A stretch of 64,000 nucleotides of DNA from the IMG/VR virus record IMGVR_UViG_3300048091_000424; one strand, given 5' to 3'. Position numbers and translations under genes: made by a program. Shown here one piece after another: positions 56,416 through 64,000 of the stretch (positions are counted from its first letter, which is position 1; every line of letters begins with the position of its first letter). Below the pieces are notes generated by a model. That model did not search any database. It saw only the letters and a program-made list of their open reading frames with translations, and had not been told where the DNA came from. This DNA comes from a virus (Duplodnaviria; Heunggongvirae; Uroviricota; Caudoviricetes).

Positions 56416-57733
56416 TTAAGGCGCCGTACCATCCCAGTAATGCAGCGGCACCTTCGGCCCTGTGGAGGCCAACCAGCCTGTTCTCCCGCCAATCAAGGTC
56501 GTCACCGCATGGTTGCGCACAAACCCGACGTGCTGGGCCGCCAGCAACGCTGCGTCGCGAATAAGCGGTGTAATCGAGCTCGCGGACTGGAAAAGCGGCG
56601 TCAAATGACGACTGGCGGACTGGTAATACCCGAGGTGCTTGCGGCGGTACTTGGAGTATTGCGCAAAAATCGCGGGCCAGTGCAACACTTGGGGCTCCTC
56701 CGCGATCTCGCGTTCGATGATGACCTCGGCAATAGACATGGCGTCCACCAGGCCCATGTTGGCGCCCTGCCCCAGTTGTGGGCTCATCGAGTGCGCACAA
56801 TCACCGATGGCCAACACCCTGCCGCAATGCCAGCCAGGCATCTCGATGTCGGTGTAGGTGGCCAGGGAAAATTGATCCTCCGACTGCAATTGCTCCAACA
56901 AGGGATTGACGTGGGTGCCCACCAGGGCTCTGACGTCGCGCTTCCAACCGTCCAGTGACCCACTCGACCCAAAGAGGCCGTGGCCGTATTCAACAGGTCG
57001 GCTCCAAAACAGGCTGCACAGCCGCTGCGTGTTATTGGCAGCTTCGCCTATCGGCATGATTCCAAACATCTGCCGGCTCTGCTTGTACCATTGGCGCAGA
57101 ACGCTTTCGTTCAGGCGGTCTGGCAGCTCGACCGTCGCCCACAAGGCACCCCCACGTATAAGGCTTCGCCCGGTGCTGGATTGATGACTTGTATTGCAGC
57201 GTGGAGTTACGCCCGCTTGCGAGGATCAACGCGTCGTATTCGGATGAAATCTGCCGGGTTGCAACGATGCTGTCTAACACGGATTGGCTGGCCGGGGACG
57301 GATTGCGCTCCGTAAGCGTGATCTCGATCACTTCAGCACTGACAAAATCACTGACATTAACCCCGAAGAAGAACTTCACGCCGCAGCGCTTGGCTTCTTC
57401 ATACAACACCTCGAGGAGAACACTGCGATGAATGCCCAGGCCGTGTGCCCCACGCTTCCAGTGTTCATACCGGGTATCGAGAATCAGTCGCTCACCGAGC
57501 TTGGAAGTGCCCAGCACGCCCTTGAGTGGAGCGCCCTTCCTCAGGCATTGATCCAACAGCCCCAATTCGTGAAGAACAGCCATCCCGGACGGTTGCAACA
57601 TGATTCCTGAACCGACCGCCTCGAGCGTAGATGCCCGCTCAAGGACATGAACTTCCAGGCCTGAACGTTTGAGGAAAATTGACGTGGCAATCCCTGCCAC
57701 CCCAGCGCCAACAACTGCTATGGCCATACGCAT
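56416..57733 (-). pseudogene. FAD-dependent monooxygenase (UbiH/salicylate-hydroxylase-like) interrupted by a frameshift
   Basis: The N-terminal half (57032..57733) carries GAGVAGI, the FAD-binding motif. The C-terminal half (56416..57144) carries AIGDCAHSMSPQLGQGANMGLVDA. The two halves are in different frames and overlap by about 110 nt. Confidence 0.6.
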
Positions 57734-57827
57734 TCCTTTTCGGGGGATCTGATCGCGTCTAAATTACACAGATTTGCGGAAACAAAAAAGCCCGGACATG
57801 TCCGGGCTTCTCTGACGACGAGCGTGA

Positions 57828-58421
57828 TTACAGCGCGGACTTCACCGCTGCGATCATGTCAGTAACGACGTTGCCAGGGGTCGCCTTGGCCAGTGCAATG
57901 ACCTTCCAGCCGCCAGCTACACGCTCCAGCGCGGCCATAACCATCCCGGTATTGTTACCCTTCTCGGAGATGTTCATGAACGTAAGCTTGGTCTTGCGGC
58001 CCGCTTCCATGTCATAGATGGAGCAGTGGGCGTTTTCGACCTCGTTAAAGGTCTGATTACGAAACGAGTTAACTGTGAAAACCAGGTACTTGGCCCGTGG
58101 GTTCAAACGATCCAGATCGACATCGATGGTCTCGTCATCGCCGTCGCCGGCGCCGGTCAGGTTGTCACCGCCGTGACGGATGGAGCCACAGGCGCTGATC
58201 TTGTTGCGGAACCAGATCGTATCGAGCAGTTGTTTGTCGTCATCCAGCACCAAGCAGGATGCATCCAGGTCGATTTCCTTGGCTGTACCACCAAAACCAA
58301 GAAAACCTTTGGACTTCGCCGGATCCCAACCCAGGCCCATGGCGATTTTGGACAGCGGCAGGCCATTAGGCTTGGACAGGCTTACACGATCACCTTTCGA
58401 AAGACTGACTACGTTACTCAT
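57828..58421 (-). CDS. terD: TerD-family tellurium-resistance/stress protein
   Basis: VSLSKGDRVSLSK...GLGWDP... is the TerD domain signature. Confidence 0.8.
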   Translation of the reverse strand: MSNVVSLSKGDRVSLSKPNGLPLSKIAMGLGWDPAKSKGFLGFGGTAKEIDLDASCLVLDDDKQLLDTIWFRNKISACGSIRHGGDNLTGAGDGDDETIDVDLDRLNPRAKYLVFTVNSFRNQTFNEVENAHCSIYDMEAGRKTKLTFMNISEKGNNTGMVMAALERVAGGWKVIALAKATPGNVVTDMIAAVKSAL

Positions 58422-58479
58422 AAAAATGTTCCCTTTTTGAGAAAAGAAGCCGGCAGCAAGTGCGTGCCGGCATTAGCAG

Positions 58480-59073
58480 TTAGCCCGCGACCAGACCGAC
58501 TTCCTTCAGGACGCCCTGCAGGCCATCACGGTAACCCTGGCCGACAGCACGAACTTTCCAGGCGTTGCCTTCACGGTAGATATCGGCCATCACGACTCCG
58601 GTCTCTGGCTTGTAGTCTTCGGTGAGGGAGAAACGGATCAGGGTTTTGCCGGTGTCCATATCGTCGATATGGAACACAGCGGTGGGCACCTGACCGAAGT
58701 CGTGGCCGCGCTCTTTGGCTTCGTGGATGCTTACCACATAGCGCAAAATCGAAACGGTTTCAGGCAGGCGTGCACGCTTGAAGGTGATTTGTTCATCGTC
58801 ACCCTCACCTGCGCCGTCCAGGCTGTCCTTACCACACTTGAGGGAGCCGCACGCCGATTCCGGGTTGCCATAGAAAATGAAGTTCTTGGCGCCGTGGCAT
58901 TTGCCGTTGGCATCGAGCATCAGCACGCTGGCGTCCAGGTCGAATTTATGGCCGTTGACCGGTTCCTTTGGTGCATCCCAGCTCAAACCCACGCGCAGGT
59001 TTTGCAGATCATCGGCACGCTTGGTCAAGTCCACAAATTGGTCTTTGGAAAGATTTACGATCATATCGCTCAT
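58480..59073 (-). CDS. TerD-family protein (TerD/TerE paralog)
   Basis: IVNLSKDQFVDLTK...GLSWD... Second TerD domain. Confidence 0.8.
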   Translation of the reverse strand: MSDMIVNLSKDQFVDLTKRADDLQNLRVGLSWDAPKEPVNGHKFDLDASVLMLDANGKCHGAKNFIFYGNPESACGSLKCGKDSLDGAGEGDDEQITFKRARLPETVSILRYVVSIHEAKERGHDFGQVPTAVFHIDDMDTGKTLIRFSLTEDYKPETGVVMADIYREGNAWKVRAVGQGYRDGLQGVLKEVGLVAG

Positions 59074-59149
59074 GGAAATTACCCTATCAGACAGTGAATT
59101 AAATGGTGTGAATTGGCGGGGCCTAATTGCGGCCCCACCGAGTGGCCAG

Positions 59150-60175
59150 TTAGGCCGTTACCGGAGCTTTGCTCTCTTCAGCCTTTTTGTGGCGGAAGGA
59201 AGAAAAGATCGCCAGGGCAATCAAGACTGCGCCAGCCAGACCGGTGAACATCTCTGGCACGTGCATGAAGTTGTGGCAGAGCATGATTGCAGCCAGGACA
59301 CCGATGGCGTAGTGAGCGCCGTGCTCCAGGTAGACCAGTTCAGCCAGTACACCAGCACGAACCAGGTGGATCGTGATCGAACGCACGAACCAAGCGCCGA
59401 TGGCCAGACCCAGCATGATGATGATCGGGTCATTGCTCATCGCGAAGGCGCCAATCACACCGTCCAACGAGAAGGACGCATCAACGACCTCAAGATAGAG
59501 AAAACTCATGAACCCACCGCGCTTGATAGTTTCCGTCACTGCCTCGCCAGTGTCTTTGTCTTCGAAGGCGTTCTTCAGCAGACCCATCACGAAGTACAGA
59601 GCGATACCGAAGACGCCGGCGAACAAGAACGTGCCAACCTTGCCTGCTTCAATACCCATGGACACGCTAATCAGGACAACCAGGGCCACAATCGAGCTCA
59701 TCGTCTGGTGCTCGCCAAAGCGGCCCATAAGACGCTCTACGCCACCCAGCCAGTGGTGTTCTTTTTCGGAGTCGAACAGGAAGTCGAGGAAGATCATCAG
59801 CAGGAACATGCCGCCGAATGCGGTAATCGCGGTGCTCGCTTCGTCCAGGTGTTTGGAGTACGACGCGGTGTCATTGAACACCATGTTGGCCGTTTCCATG
59901 AAGCCCAGGTTGGCGGTGACTGCAACGATGAGCACCGGCAGTAGCAAACGCACGCCTACCACTGCAATCAAGATACCCAGCCAAAGGAACAGGTTCTGCC
60001 AAAAAACACTCATATTTTGGAGGATTTTAGCGTTGAACACGGCGTTATCAAAGCTCACGCTCACTTCAAGCACGCCCAGGATCGCGACGATGAAGGCACC
60101 TTCCACCCCATGGAAGTAGTAACCCAGACAAATACCGATGATGGCGACCAGCGCCGACGTCCAATAATTTCGCAT
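59150..60175 (-). CDS. terC: TerC-family integral membrane protein
   Basis: Polytopic; the SFDNAVFNA and ...HGAHYA... motifs are TerC-like. SD AGAGG before ATG 60175. Confidence 0.75.
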   Translation of the reverse strand: MRNYWTSALVAIIGICLGYYFHGVEGAFIVAILGVLEVSVSFDNAVFNAKILQNMSVFWQNLFLWLGILIAVVGVRLLLPVLIVAVTANLGFMETANMVFNDTASYSKHLDEASTAITAFGGMFLLMIFLDFLFDSEKEHHWLGGVERLMGRFGEHQTMSSIVALVVLISVSMGIEAGKVGTFLFAGVFGIALYFVMGLLKNAFEDKDTGEAVTETIKRGGFMSFLYLEVVDASFSLDGVIGAFAMSNDPIIIMLGLAIGAWFVRSITIHLVRAGVLAELVYLEHGAHYAIGVLAAIMLCHNFMHVPEMFTGLAGAVLIALAIFSSFRHKKAEESKAPVTA

Positions 60176-60410
60176 TGCCAAACCTCTAGTTTTAGGAAGC
60201 GAGGCGAGACACCGGTAGGAGCCCTTTCTCGACTTTTGAGTGAGTGGAGTAGCCCCGAGCATTCAATCCGATAGGATCGGTACTGGGCCAGAGCCAAACG
60301 CGAGAGGGATTATTGCGAATATTGACGACTTGTCAATACATGTGGAATGTTTTTATGGCGTTTTGATGCCAGCCTGCCGAACAGTGGTGCCCGGCAGGAG
60401 GTGCGATAGG

Positions 60411-61457
60411 TCAATCGATGTCAGACGGTGAGCGCGGATTGCGAACTCGGCGGCTGTTTGCTTCACGCTTTTTCCGGACAGATTCAAAAGCTCGCCAGAT
60501 CGACATCGCTGCCAACGTCTGAGCGCAGTTAATGCGCCTGTCGTAGCCACCTTCGTACAGTCCGTCCTCAGTGATCCGTTTCACATCACGAATCAATTTG
60601 GTATTGGGAACGATGTTCTCTTCCAGGTCGAAGGTGCCGTAGTACACCTCGCACATGCCAGAGATCATGTGGCTGTCAGGGCGCATCTCACCGATCTTTT
60701 CCAGGCCACGGAGTGGCAGGCCGGTCAATTCCTGCAAGACAATCGCGGCAGCGGTTTCACGGTTGTGCATTTTCGACGCCGGCACCCGTGGAAACTCGAG
60801 CACGTGCAGACTGTCAATTTCACTGAATCGTTCCACCATGAGGAAATGTCCATCACGTGGATCATGCATGAGAATGATCGCGGTCTTCCCGTCCGGGTAG
60901 CGCATCACGTACTGATATTTGGGCCCAACAACAATTTCAAAGCCAGGCCCCTCCAGCACCACATCGCCTGGACGGCTGGAGCGCTTCTGCCCTGCCATCG
61001 AATCATTGCCCTGCAGGCGCCTAAGGAGTGTGCTGATGCTTTGTTCGATAATGACAGTGAGGTTGGCATGGCTCTGCACCGCTGACGGTGACAAGGCCTT
61101 GTTAACGTCCTTTACACCTGGGAGGGTCATCAGGTAGCTCTCAAAGGCCACTTGAAACTGAGTGCCGATTGATTGTGCCCGTAAATACTCAATATCAAGG
61201 AGTTGCCGAAACTTGTTGAGACCACTACTCACATCGGTACGGTGCCAGGGGTGGATCTCGCACATCAGCTCCAGTAATTGGCTTAGTGATTTAAGCCAGT
61301 GTTCACCCAGGTCGGGGATCTCATAAATCGGGCTGGAGAAGAGTTGATACAACGCCGAGGAACTGAAATTATTCAGCATGAAATCAAGGCGTTCTTCAGG
61401 CGTAGCGATGGCCATCAATGTGGCTTCAGCAGATACATTTGGCATGGTTATACCCAT
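60411..61457 (-). CDS. two-domain protein with a C-terminal divergent Nudix-like hydrolase domain
   Basis: GHFLMVER...LEFPRVPASK...RETAAAIVLQELTGL follows the Nudix box spacing (G.5E.7REUxEExGU), but with substitutions. Confidence 0.4.
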   Translation of the reverse strand: MGITMPNVSAEATLMAIATPEERLDFMLNNFSSSALYQLFSSPIYEIPDLGEHWLKSLSQLLELMCEIHPWHRTDVSSGLNKFRQLLDIEYLRAQSIGTQFQVAFESYLMTLPGVKDVNKALSPSAVQSHANLTVIIEQSISTLLRRLQGNDSMAGQKRSSRPGDVVLEGPGFEIVVGPKYQYVMRYPDGKTAIILMHDPRDGHFLMVERFSEIDSLHVLEFPRVPASKMHNRETAAAIVLQELTGLPLRGLEKIGEMRPDSHMISGMCEVYYGTFDLEENIVPNTKLIRDVKRITEDGLYEGGYDRRINCAQTLAAMSIWRAFESVRKKREANSRRVRNPRSPSDID

Positions 61458-61622
61458 TCCTATTTTTCTTATTGATTTATAATGACAAAATTCACGAAGA
61501 AAACAATCTATTTGTTGTCAATTGAATGCAGAAAAAACATTAAAAAAAGATGCACCATCAATTGACACACGGTAAAGGCCAGGTATACTGACACCAAGAA
61601 CGTCAAATCTTGGAGAACGACG

Positions 61623-62288
61623 ATGAAAATCCGTAGCTTTAGTACCGCAGCTGCTGTGGTCGTGACCGTCTTGGTGGTCATCGAGATCTTTTTAGGTTTT
61701 GCTCGCAACCCATTGGATGACCGCTGGGTGGGTAAAGTCGAATTGGTGACCATTTCCAAGGTTAAGCCACTCGACGTCACCATGACCTATGAGATGCTCG
61801 ATCCAGGTTTCGTGATGAACATTCGTCCAGACGTTACCCGTCCTGGCGTGAGGATCACCTACGAAGGGCCAGATGCTGACGTCCTGCGTAAAATGAACAT
61901 CAAGCCTGAATTGTTTGCCAGCCCGGATCGGTGGAAATTCAGCCAGGGCTACTGCAACCTCCATGTCGAGAAGAAGTTGGCGTGGCAGGGAACCAGCTAC
62001 CTCGGTGGCCCAGAAGTCAACATGTACGCAATGCGTTACCAGACCGAGCCGAAAGATCCGTGCGAGACCTACGAGCTTGGCGTGGTTGACTTTAACCACC
62101 TCGACTTCAAAATCTTGCGTCCTGGTGAAGGCCAGTACAGCATGAACGGTATCAGTCTGAAAGACATGGTTCATGTGTCGCTGGAGCGTGATAGTCGCGT
62201 AAGCTTCATTCAACGGATGGTTATGCGGATGCGGTTCGGATGGTGGCTTGAACAACCAACTTTCCAGAAAGATGGTTCAAACACCTGA
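61623..62288 (+). CDS. N-terminally anchored protein paralogous to the C-terminal domain of 44911..46038
   Basis: One N-terminal TM helix. Shared EMLDPGF, YLGG and ERDSRVSFIQRMVMRMRF motifs. Confidence 0.6.
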   Translation: MKIRSFSTAAAVVVTVLVVIEIFLGFARNPLDDRWVGKVELVTISKVKPLDVTMTYEMLDPGFVMNIRPDVTRPGVRITYEGPDADVLRKMNIKPELFASPDRWKFSQGYCNLHVEKKLAWQGTSYLGGPEVNMYAMRYQTEPKDPCETYELGVVDFNHLDFKILRPGEGQYSMNGISLKDMVHVSLERDSRVSFIQRMVMRMRFGWWLEQPTFQKDGSNT

Positions 62289-62345
62289 CGATTAACGTAG
62301 GTAAACAAAAGCCCTGGCATGCCAGGGCTTTTTTATTGTGTGAAT

Positions 62346-63665
62346 TTACAACCCAAGGTCTTTGCTGAAGGCTTTGCCCAAATCCTTTGTTGCCAGATAC
62401 TTGGTGTAGTAGCTGGAGTCGTCAAACTCAGTTATAAGTTGTGCGCGCCCCTTCGCATTTAACGTTGACACGCAATACTCCCAATCAATCAAATCCTTTG
62501 CGATTGACAACACTCTTTTTACCGAATCAGATTGCATTTTATCACTACGCCCATTGAGCAAAGTAATAAAGACCTGGCCGATCAACTTTTTTTGCACAGC
62601 TGGATCAAGAGCCGACCCCCAAACTTTACCGATGAGATTAAACATCTCATTAGGGATTTGAGCTGCAGAGGCTTTTTGTGTTGGAACACCGAAACATTGC
62701 AGCGCTATTGAGCTTTTTTGACTGAGTGTTTCAATCAACTGCTCAGCGGAGGCATGGAGTGCCTCACTCATCACCTTACGGATTACCGGCACATGGTAGC
62801 CTTTCCGATCTTTCGGCAGGGCGTCATCATAATGGCCAAAGCGATTTCTGATGCGTGATGGTCTGTCATCAGGTTCATCACTAATGCTCTTGAACAACGC
62901 ATAGCGCTGCAGCCATGCCTTCACCTCTGGGGCGTCGTTACCTGGGTGCATTTTGAAGCCAAGATAATTAGGCTCTCCCTCGGCAGCGTTAATGGCCATT
63001 GGGAGGCGTTCCAGAAGGTTCAACTCAGCACCATAGCGACTGGCCTTCACAGTGTCTGGAGACAGCACCCCTTCCAACGCCTTGTAAATGATCTTCGCCT
63101 CTGCCGGCTCGAACAGTGCCGCCACGAGGTTAAATAACTTGCCCGTCCTGAACCCATTCTCGAGATGATCCGAGCGTACACCCCGGTTATCTTCATCCCC
63201 ATGAACCTCTAAATGACTACCGTATTCACGGATAAATTGTCTCAAGAAGAGGTGATCTGGATGGGGCGGTTGCCGCCAGACGCCATCCCTGTCCAGCCAA
63301 CTACTGGACTCGTAACAAAGACCAGTAAGGAGGAGCCAGAATTCATCCGCCTTTAGCGCTTCGAGAAAGAACCTGAAGTCATCTGCTGACAACAGATCTG
63401 GTCGTGAAAAAACTTCCAATTCGCGGGGTGCTTGCGCCATATTGTGGCGCTGTACCTGAAAACGAACTTCGTTACCTTGGCGCTCCTGAATGGCATACAC
63501 CAGAGGGCCAATCGGTTCGACAAATTCACCCGCCTTTTCCATGGCGTTTAATTTTTTACGAAACTCAATGAACGGCGGACTTTTGCGGGGCAACTCAGGC
63601 TGTTTTTGTTCCACGATCAGGGCTCCTAGGCTATTGATCCAGGTTAGCACTGCCGCAACGGTCAC
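62346..63665 (-). CDS. DLGL-tail family protein (439 aa)
   Basis: Ends ...DLGKAFSKDLGL*. Confidence 0.75.
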   Translation of the reverse strand: MTVAAVLTWINSLGALIVEQKQPELPRKSPPFIEFRKKLNAMEKAGEFVEPIGPLVYAIQERQGNEVRFQVQRHNMAQAPRELEVFSRPDLLSADDFRFFLEALKADEFWLLLTGLCYESSSWLDRDGVWRQPPHPDHLFLRQFIREYGSHLEVHGDEDNRGVRSDHLENGFRTGKLFNLVAALFEPAEAKIIYKALEGVLSPDTVKASRYGAELNLLERLPMAINAAEGEPNYLGFKMHPGNDAPEVKAWLQRYALFKSISDEPDDRPSRIRNRFGHYDDALPKDRKGYHVPVIRKVMSEALHASAEQLIETLSQKSSIALQCFGVPTQKASAAQIPNEMFNLIGKVWGSALDPAVQKKLIGQVFITLLNGRSDKMQSDSVKRVLSIAKDLIDWEYCVSTLNAKGRAQLITEFDDSSYYTKYLATKDLGKAFSKDLGL

Positions 63666-63712
63666 CTCAAACGACCGGAAGCATCCCTCCCCGTTTTAAT
63701 CACCCCCTTGCC

Positions 63713-64000
63713 CTACGCGGTCGGGAAACGCGGCACGATGTTCAACGGACTATCCCAGGGGCTGCCGGTGCAGCGACCACGGTCATGCGGACGGTTGTAG
63801 CGCCAGGCGCCATCGCTAAACCGCGCACACTCATAACCTCGCAGCTTGTCCGAAAGCTCAGTACAGATAACCTCTTCACCGCCGAGCGTGATGCAACGAT
63901 CCCCCAGCTCAAAAGCCATGGAGCCCTTCATCCCATTCTCCGGTGTTACGCCGGCGATCTCCAACATTCCGAGCGGAGTGCTCATTTCCGACTGGTTCAT
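63713..64000 (-). CDS. hypothetical protein, possibly 5'-truncated by the window edge
   Basis: The ORF begins at an ATG exactly at the window end and may extend beyond it. 95 aa are visible. Confidence 0.35.
   Translation of the reverse strand: MNQSEMSTPLGMLEIAGVTPENGMKGSMAFELGDRCITLGGEEVICTELSDKLRGYECARFSDGAWRYNRPHDRGRCTGSPWDSPLNIVPRFPTA

Noticed and set aside
1-64000. CRISPR arrays, rRNA genes, integrase/transposase/IS elements
   Set aside because: No short direct-repeat/spacer arrays were seen. No rRNA-like conserved stretches. No ORF with recognisable integrase (R..H..R..Y) or DDE transposase motifs. Absence is from manual inspection only.

Overview
This 64-kb window is gamma-proteobacterial chromosome (Pseudomonas-like dCTP deaminase, high GC3 codon usage). 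Ordinary genes present: dcd, a DHFR-like gene, pgpA, CCA-adding enzyme, TerD/TerD/TerC, a CpxP/Spy-like gene, a sigma-70-family factor, an SPFH protein, a J-domain protein and a PPP phosphatase. Three things stand out. (1) At least 14 otherwise unrelated proteins end in the same C-terminal tail, ...F-x-x-(D/E)-L-G-(L/M)-stop, here called the DLGL tail. Most occur as tandem paralog pairs or arrays, including a five-gene array whose first gene overlaps a putative H-Y-E (PARP/diphtheria-toxin-like) ADP-ribosyltransferase gene. This looks like an effector or cargo repertoire tagged by a conserved C-terminal signal. I cannot match the tail to any described secretion or targeting signal. (2) An 11-gene tRNA array at 33.17-35.08 kb contains atypical members, a tandemly duplicated Asp-like/Glu unit, and two paralogous peptide-like sORFs, each with its own strong terminator. 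(3) Several tRNA/RNA-end enzymes are scattered across the region: a PTH2-like hydrolase in an operon with a small Cys-rich peptide and an ATP-grasp enzyme, an HNH plus RNA-ligase (KxDGxN) fusion, and the CCA enzyme. The window also holds AT-rich islands, including one with a P-loop NTPase preceded by a perfect 26-bp palindrome, and a frameshifted FAD monooxygenase. No rRNA, CRISPR array, integrase or transposase was seen.
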